A stretch of 64,000 nucleotides of DNA, taken from assembly GCA_965227295.1 (NCBI GenBank), contig OZ245742.1, positions 1,280,001 through 1,344,000 on the forward strand, given 5' to 3'. The notes under the pieces are model-generated. The model searched no databases. It was not told where the DNA came from and worked only from the letters and a program-made list of their open reading frames with translations. The first letter of the stretch is position 1, and each line of letters opens with the position of its first letter. Positions 26,760 through 36,059 of the stretch are shown in pieces. Both the position numbers and the translations under genes were made by a program. The stretch comes from Leptonemataceae bacterium (GTDB lineage: Bacteria; Spirochaetota; Leptospiria; Leptospirales; Leptonemataceae).

Positions 26760-28967
26760 TCAAAACGGCCGCACGAAACCTTTCTCCCGCAGCCGGAACG
26801 GATCGAGCCGTTCCGCGTTCTTTTTATGATTCGTGACAGCGTCCGCCGACAGGCCGATCTCCGCGCCGATTTGCGCGAGGCGTGCGTGACAGTGCGCTGC
26901 CGTAACTTTCCAGGAACTACAGTTACGAAAAAGTTCCGCCGCCGCGTGTAAATCCTGTTCCGCGGCCGGACTTGCGACGGCAAGGTGGCGGGCCCGGAGC
27001 AAATGGCTTTCGCCGGCCAGGTTTTCCAGTTCGGCGTCCGCAGGATACAACGTGCGCGCCCACCGGAGCCACGGCAACGCCGAATCCACGGCGGCCGCAA
27101 CCGCCGCGGGGTCTCCGGAACTTTCGGGATTCCGGGGTTTGAGTACCCACACGAGCCAGGCGTTCTTATGTCGATACGGCTCCAGTGCCTCCAGTGCCTG
27201 CTCGCGCGCAAAGACCGCGAAGCCATGATACGTGACACCGACGCAGAGGATGAGTGCGGCCACGGCCGGCCAGGTATTTCGGGGCGCAGGCGACGGCATT
27301 GGATCCGCATCCTGTTTCGATGAAGGCAATGCCAGAAGGACGGCTAACGCTACGAGCACCATGGCCGCATAGAACGGCTGAATGAAATGATAGTTCATAA
27401 GACCCTGGAGCAGAAACGAAACGAGGGCCGTGCCCGCGGCGAGGGCCAGTGTGCCTGGCAGGCCCGGGACGAATAGACTGCGCCGGGCCGACTCGATCGC
27501 GTAGGCCGTGAGAAAGAGGATCAGAGCGGCGAAGGGGATGCCTGCATCGAGGCACAGTTGCAGGAGCAGGTTGTGTGCGTGCAGTCCGGCTCCCTGCATA
27601 CGGTAGTCGTGGGCAAGATGATAGAAGCCCGCGCCGCGGAGATCCGGTATCGGCATCGCGGCCAGCACGGAGTAGTGATTCGCGCCCGTGCCGAACAACG
27701 GTACTTCGGCGATTGCATTCAGGGCCAGTGTCCATAAAGCGAATCGCTGGCGTAATGTCGTAAACAAAAAGAAGTCCGGGTCCGTGCTGCGATCTTTCAT
27801 GAACCACAACCAGACCACAACGCCGGCCATCAGCGCGAGAACGCCCGCACCCACGAAAACGATGCGCCGATGGGAACGGGCGGAATCCGGCTTAGATTCT
27901 TCTGAGTGTAATCTTACAAATGCGAGGGCGAACAGAAAAACCGCGATCGCCATTCCGCTGAGGTACGCGAAGCGCGCGGCCGTTGTTATGAGTAAAAAGC
28001 CCAGAACCGGGACGATCCCCAGGGCGACGCCCATGCCGATCCGGTGCGCAAACTTTTCGGTTTGCGGGCCGTGCTTCGAAAAGAGTGATCGCAAGATTGC
28101 CGGCACGGCAACGAGCAGGGGCAGCAGGAAAACCAGCCAGCCGCCGGCATCGTTGGAGTTGACGCCGCCCAGGCTGTCCTTCTTGGCAAAGAAAAGATCC
28201 ATTGTTGGAACGCTGCGAAAGAGATGCTGTGCGCCGACTGCGAGCCAGCCCAGGTTCAGCAAGCATACACCGATCCACACCAGCGCCGTGCCTGCCGCAT
28301 CTTCCCGGGCGCGGGCGTACGTAAATAAGAAGAGAAAGACGAGCACAATGCTCAGACCGACGGCCGGTATGCTCTGGTAGTAGTTGGGCGCTACCAGGCC
28401 GGCGATGACAAACCACAGCCAGGCCGAGCCCCCGGCAATCAAGAAGACCGGATGCCGCCGCCGCAAACTTTGTAGAACCTTTTGAAGATCGTCGGCGTAC
28501 TCTACGCCGAGGTACGCCGCGGCACAGACCAGCGGCAGGATGCCGCCGGGGTTCCAAACGTAGACCCACAAGAACGGAAACGATAAGAACCAGAGCAACG
28601 TCGCCAGAGCGACCATCCGCGGCGGAACCCCGCGCCAGATCGCGATTAACATTAGAAAAAAGTAAGCGTAGAACCAGAACCGGTGATAGAACCGCAGGCC
28701 CGTTATGCCGGTATCGATGTAAATCGACGCGGCCCGGACCGCCGTGACAAAAACCAACAGTGCGCCAAGACATGCGATAGCGGCGAATGCGTCTCGTCTG
28801 TTTTGATGAGATTGTTCGCCACCGAAGTAGCGTGCACCTGCCAGAGAGACGAGCAAGATCCCCAGGGTAGGCCACAGGAGTTCTCGTACAAAAGTGTACT
28901 GAACGCCCGCGGACAGGCCGCTGCAGAGCAACACGGCCAGAATCAATATCCGAAGGGCCCACATCAT
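26760..28967 (-). CDS. O-antigen ligase (Wzy_C)-like polytopic membrane protein
   Basis: Many TM helices; R..LW..AL..I...PLFGTG and HAHNLLLQL..DAG motifs; helical C-terminal tail. Confidence 0.78.
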   Translation of the reverse strand: MMWALRILILAVLLCSGLSAGVQYTFVRELLWPTLGILLVSLAGARYFGGEQSHQNRRDAFAAIACLGALLVFVTAVRAASIYIDTGITGLRFYHRFWFYAYFFLMLIAIWRGVPPRMVALATLLWFLSFPFLWVYVWNPGGILPLVCAAAYLGVEYADDLQKVLQSLRRRHPVFLIAGGSAWLWFVIAGLVAPNYYQSIPAVGLSIVLVFLFLFTYARAREDAAGTALVWIGVCLLNLGWLAVGAQHLFRSVPTMDLFFAKKDSLGGVNSNDAGGWLVFLLPLLVAVPAILRSLFSKHGPQTEKFAHRIGMGVALGIVPVLGFLLITTAARFAYLSGMAIAVFLFALAFVRLHSEESKPDSARSHRRIVFVGAGVLALMAGVVVWLWFMKDRSTDPDFFLFTTLRQRFALWTLALNAIAEVPLFGTGANHYSVLAAMPIPDLRGAGFYHLAHDYRMQGAGLHAHNLLLQLCLDAGIPFAALILFLTAYAIESARRSLFVPGLPGTLALAAGTALVSFLLQGLMNYHFIQPFYAAMVLVALAVLLALPSSKQDADPMPSPAPRNTWPAVAALILCVGVTYHGFAVFAREQALEALEPYRHKNAWLVWVLKPRNPESSGDPAAVAAAVDSALPWLRWARTLYPADAELENLAGESHLLRARHLAVASPAAEQDLHAAAELFRNCSSWKVTAAHCHARLAQIGAEIGLSADAVTNHKKNAERLDPFRLREKGFVRPF

Positions 28968-29031
28968 AAAAAAAACATAGTGATTTAATCAAACGGTGTG
29001 CGTAAATATGATTTATAGTTGACGTTCACTC

Positions 29032-29391
29032 ATGGCCGGTGTCACTTTCGCACTCATGACTGAAACACAGAATCGCCCTCCGGAAAGTCAGGGCATCGCC
29101 ATTACTGAGGAGACTCGATTTCAAGCGCACGAAGATCTTTCGTGGCGTGAAATCGAAGGACAAATGGTTTGCATGAACCTGAAGTCCGGCGAGTACTTTA
29201 CGTTCAACGGAGTCGGCCGGGAAATCTGGCAGGCTGTTGCGGACGAGCGCGGTAATACGCGGGACATCGTCGCGAAGATTGTAAGTGAGTATGCGGTCGA
29301 AGAAAGTGTTGCGCAAAAGGATAGTAAAGAATTCTTAAGAAACTTGCTGGAAGCCGGTTTGATTCGGCCTGTGGATAGTCAACAAAATTGA
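29032..29391 (+). CDS. PqqD family protein / RiPP recognition element (RRE)
   Basis: WREIEGQMV..NLKSGEYFTFNGVGREIW...IV.EYAVEE..A.KD..EFL..L.EAGLI, classic PqqD pattern; alternative start ATG 29056. Confidence 0.92.
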   Translation: MAGVTFALMTETQNRPPESQGIAITEETRFQAHEDLSWREIEGQMVCMNLKSGEYFTFNGVGREIWQAVADERGNTRDIVAKIVSEYAVEESVAQKDSKEFLRNLLEAGLIRPVDSQQN

Positions 29392-29432
29392 TGAATCGTT
29401 CATCGACGACAGTTTAACTTTCGAGGGTAACT

Positions 29433-29585
29433 ATGAAAAACGAAAAGAAAAAGTATGAGTCGCCGTCACTGGAAAGCCGGAATGGCGGTAAAGACTACGC
29501 CGCTCCGACGTTCGAGCGCCACAATCCGCTCAACGAAGTGTCGGCAACCTACTACTATACGTACTACTACTATTACTACTACTGA
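29433..29585 (+). CDS. Putative RiPP precursor peptide with poly-Tyr core (50 aa)
   Basis: Translated by hand: MKNEKKKYESPSLESRNGGKDYAAPTFERHNPLNEVSATYYYTYYYYYYY*; GAGGG RBS at 29423-29427; lies between PqqD and kinase; YxxPxL motif; below ORF-track length cutoff. Confidence 0.85.
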   Translation: MKNEKKKYESPSLESRNGGKDYAAPTFERHNPLNEVSATYYYTYYYYYYY

Positions 29586-29594
29586 GAGAAAGCG

Positions 29595-30680
29595 GTGATC
29601 GGGTTACCGGGGCTTCCCATCGAAGTAGCCGGCCCGCCTTCTCCGGTGCGGGATGCAGTCGAAGCGGCTTTCGGCTTCTGCGCATTTCGAAATAGTAGCG
29701 ATACAAATCACATACGGCTGGAGGTTCGTTTTCTCGATAGCGAGTCCGAATCTCTGGCGGCCCGGGTTCCGGGATTCCTGAGCGCCCGCGTGGCGCTTCT
29801 GGAGCAGGAGCCTTCGCCCGTGTCCTCCGGTCTGGCTTACGTCAGTGAAGGGGGCAGCCGGCAGGGTTCCGGAACCGTCCTTGCAGATCCGCATTCCATA
29901 TGCGCGGCCTGGAGCGACTCCGCAGAGTCGCTGTCCTTATACGTCCGCAAGCGACGGCCAGAACCGGGCCTTTTGCCGTCCGTGCAAGCCCTGCTGATCC
30001 CCCTGCTGCGCGACCTTCTCCTTCGAAGAGATGCCTGTCTCCTTCATGCAGGCTCGGTCCGCACGCGGAACGATGAGGGATTGCTGGTCCTCGGAGATAA
30101 TGGAGCTGGAAAGACTACGGCCGTTCTGGCGCTGGCCCGGGCGGGAGGAGCCTTGCTTGCCGACGATCTGAACGTTTTGCGCAGGGCCGAGAGCGATGCT
30201 CGCCCATCGTTTGAAATCTGCGCGGTCCCGGAAGCGATCAATCTGACCGAGGACGAGAACACGGCGCGCTTTTTTCCGGAGCTGGCCGGTAGTCTGGGGC
30301 GAGCCCGGCCGGAGAACGATCGGCCGAAGGTAGCGGTTGCGCCCGATGAAGTCCTGCAACGACTCGGGGCGACGTCACGAACGGATCGTTGCTTCGCGAA
30401 CGGAGTTTTGATTCTGGATATCACGCCGGAGACTCCGTCCGCGTCGGAACGATTCGAAAGACTGCCGGCAGCACAGGTGTTGCCGTTGCTCCTGCGGGCC
30501 AACGTCTTCGCCGGTGGACAATCACCGGGAGCGGCCTTCGCAAATCTCGCGGAGTTTGTGGAAACCGTTCCGGGATACCGTGTGCGCACGGGGCCCGACC
30601 CGGCTGAAATGGCCCGGGAGATCTTGAACTACTTTGGGCATACACACGTAGCCGGGAGCATTCCCGGAGGGAGAGCATAA
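29595..30680 (+). CDS. HPr kinase-related (HprK-like) P-loop kinase
   Basis: LLHAGSV...LVLGDNGAGKTT...LLADD motif set. Confidence 0.8.
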   Translation: MIGLPGLPIEVAGPPSPVRDAVEAAFGFCAFRNSSDTNHIRLEVRFLDSESESLAARVPGFLSARVALLEQEPSPVSSGLAYVSEGGSRQGSGTVLADPHSICAAWSDSAESLSLYVRKRRPEPGLLPSVQALLIPLLRDLLLRRDACLLHAGSVRTRNDEGLLVLGDNGAGKTTAVLALARAGGALLADDLNVLRRAESDARPSFEICAVPEAINLTEDENTARFFPELAGSLGRARPENDRPKVAVAPDEVLQRLGATSRTDRCFANGVLILDITPETPSASERFERLPAAQVLPLLLRANVFAGGQSPGAAFANLAEFVETVPGYRVRTGPDPAEMAREILNYFGHTHVAGSIPGGRA

Positions 30681-32144
30681 ATGAACGCAAGCGCGGAGAA
30701 CACAGCACAGTCCTGGCCGCAAATGGAAGCCCTGCAGCGTCTCATGCGAGTCAGATCGCTGTTGCAAGACGGGCTGTCTTCGCTACCGGCCCTGATCGAC
30801 ATCCTGGCCGGCGACGATCCCACCGCGGCGGCCGAGGCGCACCAGGGTTTGATGGGCATGCTCCCGCTGGCATCCCTCTATGAACGGCGGCCCGAGGATT
30901 TTGTCGTCGCGGATGCGGACGAAATTCGCGCACCGATCCCGGATTGGCTGAAGGCGTCGTGTGATGGATGGGGGACCACGGAAGACTTCGCCTCTTTATG
31001 CGTGGAGCGTCTTGCGGAATTCCGCACCGGAGCACCGGAGCGTGCTCGCGTATTGCTGGAGCGCCTGGTAAACTTCTGGGGTATTCGGCGCCGGCTGGCC
31101 GAACTGCTCGAGGCGCGCGGTTTGAGCGATCTGCGCCGGACGTACGAAGAACTCATCGTCGAGACGGATGACATTCATTTTCCCGAGCAGATCTGCCTTT
31201 CGCCGACCCAGGCCTGTCAGCTCAAATGTTCGTTTTGTTACTCCGCGGATCTTCCTAATGTACACAAAGATGATATTAGCGACTCGAAGACACTTGAGCT
31301 GCTCGACTGGATGCATTCTAAGAACATTAAGCGTCTGAGTTTCGCCGGCGGCGAGCCCACATTGTTCCGCTACTTTCCGGCGCTCATTCGCAAAGCCGCC
31401 GAATACAAAATGGAAATCTTTCTTACGACGAACGGCCTCATGGCGCCGGCCGTCGTAGACGCGCTCATCGAAGTTCGACCGTTGTGCATCACCATGCATC
31501 TTACCGAAGAGGTTCTGGACGCACCGAAGCTCCTGGCACTCTTCGAACGCAACGCTCGGTCTTTCCTTGACCAGGGCATCTATACGATCATCCGGGCGAA
31601 CTTCATGGAGCCGGAGCAGGACCTGGAGCGCTACTTTCACACGGCGGAGAAACTGGGCATCAAAGAGATTCGTTGCGCCGTGCCCGTTCCCTCCGAACAA
31701 AGCGGTCACGATTACGTGCGCGAAGAGGACATGGACGCCATGGGGCGTTATCTCGGGGACTTCGTCGCCGGCGGGGCCCGGCGCGGTATCAAAACGGTAC
31801 TCAGTAAACCCTTTCCGGTCTGCAAACTTCCGGAGCACGCGGCGAAGGCCTTCCTGGCCAACGGCTCTCTCGGCGTGAATTGTCCGGTCCATCTTACGGA
31901 CTACTCGCACAACATCATGCTGTATCCGGACGGGAGTTTTTCGCCCTGCCTCGCTTTGAATATGAAGAGCGGCACGACCATCTACGATTATGACGGTGTC
32001 CGGGAGGCGGCCCAGGAGTACCGGTCGCGCATTGAGGACATGACCGAACAACCTATGTTTCCCGATCATTGTCCGAAGTGCCCGCTGTGGCAGGGCGCGC
32101 GCTGCGTGGGAGGATGTCTCGGCTATCGCGTCGCCGATTCCTGA
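30681..32144 (+). CDS. Radical SAM/SPASM-domain peptide maturase
   Basis: CQLKCSFC (CxxxCxxC), FAGGEPTL, TTNG; C-terminal NC...DGSFSPC...CPKC.....RCVGGC SPASM-type cysteines. Confidence 0.9.
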   Translation: MNASAENTAQSWPQMEALQRLMRVRSLLQDGLSSLPALIDILAGDDPTAAAEAHQGLMGMLPLASLYERRPEDFVVADADEIRAPIPDWLKASCDGWGTTEDFASLCVERLAEFRTGAPERARVLLERLVNFWGIRRRLAELLEARGLSDLRRTYEELIVETDDIHFPEQICLSPTQACQLKCSFCYSADLPNVHKDDISDSKTLELLDWMHSKNIKRLSFAGGEPTLFRYFPALIRKAAEYKMEIFLTTNGLMAPAVVDALIEVRPLCITMHLTEEVLDAPKLLALFERNARSFLDQGIYTIIRANFMEPEQDLERYFHTAEKLGIKEIRCAVPVPSEQSGHDYVREEDMDAMGRYLGDFVAGGARRGIKTVLSKPFPVCKLPEHAAKAFLANGSLGVNCPVHLTDYSHNIMLYPDGSFSPCLALNMKSGTTIYDYDGVREAAQEYRSRIEDMTEQPMFPDHCPKCPLWQGARCVGGCLGYRVADS

Positions 32145-32151
32145 TATCAGC

Positions 32152-33903
32152 ATGGCATCTTCCGATCCCCGGACAGGCGCCCGGATCGACCCGGCGGCGC
32201 GACGCGGTTTTGCGGCCTTTCTTGCGGCGTACCTGCGTCCGTTTCGTAAGCTTGCGCTCATCGTAACTTTCACATCGGTGCCGTTGTTCGGGCTGGCTTT
32301 TGTGATTCCGGTCTCCTTTAAGAACGCGACGGATTTTTTCCGACAGGCGGACGCGCTGTACTCCGTGGCCTTCTGGATGGCCGTGGGGTTGGGCGCGCTC
32401 GTGCTTAAGGCAATCTTCGACGTTATTAACGCCTACGGCCTTACCGTTCTGCACGCGAGCCTGGCCCGGGACATCCGCGCCGATCTCTACGCGCGTTTAC
32501 AGGCGGCCTCGTTCGACGTACACATTCGCAGTCGCAGCGGGGAGGTGGCGAACCTGTTGAGCAACGACGTGCAGCACGCCGCCATGGGTGCGTTACAAAT
32601 CTACTTCACGGCGTTTTATTATCCGCTGTTGATCGCGGTGCTTTCGGCTGTGATGTTGTACTTCAGCCCGCAGTTGTTTTTGCTGTCGCTGCTTTCGTTT
32701 CCTATCATCAGCCTGGCTGTTTCGTTCACCGCGCGGCGAGCGCATCATGCCGAGCGGCAGTTTCTCGATCGTCACGCGCGGGTGATGGGCATGTTGATCG
32801 AATCCCTCGTGAACGTGAAGCAGATCAAGGCCCTGGGTATCGAAGATCGCGGCCGGGCGAACCTCCGGGCCGTCGACGAAGAACTCCTGGGCTATCGCAA
32901 ACGCGCGCAGTTCATGGAAAGCCTCGCCGGGCCCATCACCGAAGTAACGAACGGTGTCATGCTCACGCTCATGGTCCTCGTGGCGTACTATCTTGTTGCA
33001 AACAATCAGGCCGACTACGGCGAAATCATCGGTTGCCTGGTGGCCGCGGTGCAACTGCGCGCACCGGTGCGCGCTTTCGCCGTGCAATGGATGGACATGC
33101 AAAAATCCCGCGCGGCCGTGCGACGCATTGAATGGATCGTGGGAGTACCGGCCGAAGGCGGGCAAAGCGACGCAGCGGAGTCGGAGCCCATGCAGGTAAA
33201 CTCGGTACAATTCGAGAACGTCTCGTTCTCGTACGACGGGAAACACGAAATTCTGCGCGGCCTCGATTTTACATTACGCCGCGGCGAACGTGTGGCCGTG
33301 CGCGGTCCGAGCGGCAGCGGCAAGACGACGTTCGTGGATCTGCTGGTGGGATTCTATCCACCGGCCGCGGGACGCATCCTCGTAAACAATCAGAATCTAT
33401 CGGCGTTGCGGCCGGATCACTGGCGGCGCAACATCGGCATTGTAACCCAGGAGCCCTTGTTGTTCGAAGGCAGCATCGAGGAAAACGTACGCATCGCCGA
33501 TCCCGACGCGGAGTCGGAACGCATCGAACGCGCCATGCACCTGGCCGGCATGTCGGCTATGCTTGCGGCCTTGCCGGAGGGCGGCGCGACCCAGGTCGGC
33601 GAGCGCGGCAAACGACTCTCCGGAGGTGAACGCAAACGTGTAGCCCTGGCGCGTGCCCTGGTGCGGCCGATCTCGCTGCTCGTTCTCGATGAGGCTACCA
33701 GCGAACTCGACGCCGACATCGAAGAGAGCATTCTGGAATCCATCGACCAACTCGCCGCCGATCTTCTGATCGTACACGTTTCACATCGCGACGCAATCCT
33801 CCGGCATTGTGATCGCGTGCTGGACTTCAAGCCGGGGGCGCCGGTTTGCGAAGTCCCATTGTCGGAAATACAGCCGCGCCCGCGCCGGGAGGTGCTCACG
33901 TGA
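32152..33903 (+). CDS. ABC exporter (fused TMD-NBD), no C39 peptidase domain
   Basis: TM domain then GPSGSGKTT, LSGGERKR, LVLDEATS, VSHR. Confidence 0.92.
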   Translation: MASSDPRTGARIDPAARRGFAAFLAAYLRPFRKLALIVTFTSVPLFGLAFVIPVSFKNATDFFRQADALYSVAFWMAVGLGALVLKAIFDVINAYGLTVLHASLARDIRADLYARLQAASFDVHIRSRSGEVANLLSNDVQHAAMGALQIYFTAFYYPLLIAVLSAVMLYFSPQLFLLSLLSFPIISLAVSFTARRAHHAERQFLDRHARVMGMLIESLVNVKQIKALGIEDRGRANLRAVDEELLGYRKRAQFMESLAGPITEVTNGVMLTLMVLVAYYLVANNQADYGEIIGCLVAAVQLRAPVRAFAVQWMDMQKSRAAVRRIEWIVGVPAEGGQSDAAESEPMQVNSVQFENVSFSYDGKHEILRGLDFTLRRGERVAVRGPSGSGKTTFVDLLVGFYPPAAGRILVNNQNLSALRPDHWRRNIGIVTQEPLLFEGSIEENVRIADPDAESERIERAMHLAGMSAMLAALPEGGATQVGERGKRLSGGERKRVALARALVRPISLLVLDEATSELDADIEESILESIDQLAADLLIVHVSHRDAILRHCDRVLDFKPGAPVCEVPLSEIQPRPRREVLT

Positions 33904-36047
33904 ATACCGTAGTAGAACCCTTAGATCGTACTTATCTTGAGTTAAGCGCCGAACCGCAGGCCTGGCCGCGTTCCCGGGAGGACGGCCGCACGCGGTTGTT
34001 GTTGCTTGCGCTCAACGTGCCGGGTTACTATTCTCTGCCCGTGCGTTTGCTGGCCCTGCAAACCGAGAACGACGCCGAACTGCGTGCGCGCTACGACGTG
34101 CGTTACTTCGAGGCCTTCCTCGACAATTCCATCGAAGATCACCTCGCCCTCCTGGAGGCCTGGCAGCCGGATCTGCTTGCCTGTTCGGTGAACATCTGGA
34201 ATCGCGACGCGTTGTTGGATCTGTGCGGTCGGTATCGTGTATCGAATCCGAATGTTCGTGTGATCGGCGGCGGGCAGGAGGTCTCGAACTCGTGTTACAA
34301 TTTCCTCGAAAGCCATGTGGAGTTCGACTACATCGTGGACGGCGAGGGTGAAATTCCCTTCCGCGAATTTTTGAACGAGTGGGAGCCGGGAGAACTCCGG
34401 CTGCGGAATCCCGCGGCGGTCTCGGGCCTGCACTACCGAAACGGAAGTGAGGTCGCCTTTACGTGTCCCGGTCGGACCATCGACGACCTGGATGAGATCG
34501 TTTCGACGAACCTGGCGAGTCTGGCCCCGGTGGGTGACGACAAACTGAAGATGGGTGTACTCTTAGAAGGAACCCGGGCCTGTCCGTTTCGCTGCGCGTT
34601 CTGTTTCGAGGGCGACAAACGAACGAAAACGCGCTTTTCCAGCACGGAACGCTTAACAGAAGAAGCGATGCACTTAATGGATCTGGGCGTAAAAAAGTTC
34701 CACATGCTGGATCCCATCATTTGCGCCAGCCGTCCGGAGCGGCTGGAGGGAATCGCCCGTCTTTTTGATCGCATCCAGAGCCGCGACCCGGAGGCCTTCA
34801 TATTCGTGGAAGCCTACGCCGATCTCATTACGCCGGAGGTGGCGGACTGTTTGCGAGTGTGCTCGGTCCTGGACCTGGGCTTGCAATCCGTCAATCCGCT
34901 GACCACGAAATCCATCCGCCGGCCGTTCAAGCGTGACCGGTGGCTGAACGGCGTCGAACTCTTGCGCGAACGCGGGATTCCGTTCAACGTGTACCTCATC
35001 TCCGGTTTGCCGCACGAAACCTTCGATACGTTCCTCGACGGAATTCAGTTCGTGCTGCACGAGAATCCCACGCGCATTTTTTTCAATGAGCTGTGTCTCT
35101 TGAACGGAACCGAACTGCGAATGCGCGCCGATGAATTCGGCTACGACTACGATCCCGCGCCCCCGTACTTTGTTTTCGGTAACACCTGGATGCCGCGCCC
35201 GGTGTTGCGCATGGCGCAGACGCTTTCTAAAATCGTCGAGCGCAATCACAACTACTCCGGCCCCGTTCTTTTTCCGTATCTGCCCTGGGTTTCCGAGGCG
35301 CCGCGTACCGAAACGCGCGAAGTCCTCGTGGATGCGGAACGAGCGCTGCATGACGGTGCTTATTTTCAGGAATGCGAAAACGACATTCGCGCCGGCGGCA
35401 CCGATGTGCACATCGATTGCGGTCTTGCTTTCGATTCTGCGCGTTTCGACGACTTACTGAACCTGTGCGGTCGTCTGCAATTCGCCGGAGCCGTACGCAT
35501 GAACCTGCGGGCCGCTCCGAATCTACTTACGGACATCGAAAAACTGACGGCGCTGATGAATCGTCTCGTGCTGCACTTTCGCATTCTCTACGACGCTTCC
35601 GGGCACGAAGCCGCGGACCTGCGTGCGGCCGTGGACGCTCTGGATCGCGAGTATCGACTCATGCGCGGGACGCACGCGCGACCGAACGTCGAAATTATTC
35701 TGATGCGTCCGCCGGTGGAGCGTTTGCCGGAGTTGATCCGAGATTGCGCGCGGCGGGTGTATTTGATTTCCATTTACGATCCGGACCAGGACGGCGAGAC
35801 CGGCGGCCTGGATGCAAATACGGCGCGGCAACTTTTTGAAGATGCCATGCAACGACAGGCCTGGCTGCGTCTGCCGCGCAAACACATGCGAGAAGTTCTG
35901 GTGGCGCTCGGACGCGAACTCGACGGCGAGCATGGTCTGGAAGATCGAGCCGATGCGATTACGGAAAAGCTCGCCGTTCTGGGCTTTGCCGGGAATCCGG
36001 TGGAGCAACGTTCGAATGTATCCGGAGCACCCGTTGCAAAGATTTAG
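33900..36047 (+). CDS. B12-binding domain radical SAM enzyme
   Basis: SVNIWN, IGGGQEVS, DGEGE, RACPFRCAFC, GLQS, GLPHET; GTG 33900 overlaps ABC stop (GTGA) with GGAGG RBS. Confidence 0.88.
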   Translation: MNTVVEPLDRTYLELSAEPQAWPRSREDGRTRLLLLALNVPGYYSLPVRLLALQTENDAELRARYDVRYFEAFLDNSIEDHLALLEAWQPDLLACSVNIWNRDALLDLCGRYRVSNPNVRVIGGGQEVSNSCYNFLESHVEFDYIVDGEGEIPFREFLNEWEPGELRLRNPAAVSGLHYRNGSEVAFTCPGRTIDDLDEIVSTNLASLAPVGDDKLKMGVLLEGTRACPFRCAFCFEGDKRTKTRFSSTERLTEEAMHLMDLGVKKFHMLDPIICASRPERLEGIARLFDRIQSRDPEAFIFVEAYADLITPEVADCLRVCSVLDLGLQSVNPLTTKSIRRPFKRDRWLNGVELLRERGIPFNVYLISGLPHETFDTFLDGIQFVLHENPTRIFFNELCLLNGTELRMRADEFGYDYDPAPPYFVFGNTWMPRPVLRMAQTLSKIVERNHNYSGPVLFPYLPWVSEAPRTETREVLVDAERALHDGAYFQECENDIRAGGTDVHIDCGLAFDSARFDDLLNLCGRLQFAGAVRMNLRAAPNLLTDIEKLTALMNRLVLHFRILYDASGHEAADLRAAVDALDREYRLMRGTHARPNVEIILMRPPVERLPELIRDCARRVYLISIYDPDQDGETGGLDANTARQLFEDAMQRQAWLRLPRKHMREVLVALGRELDGEHGLEDRADAITEKLAVLGFAGNPVEQRSNVSGAPVAKI

Positions 36048-36059
36048 AAGGTACTGTTC

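Noticed and set aside
29550-29582. TAC microsatellite as a non-coding contingency repeat
   Set aside because: It is in frame at the end of an ORF with an RBS and an RRE-type leader, and it is interrupted by synonymous TAT codons.
29032-32144. PQQ biosynthesis (pqqD/pqqE)
   Set aside because: No pqqC-like gene and no PqqA ExxxY-type precursor context; kinase, ABC exporter and B12-rSAM are not pqq genes.
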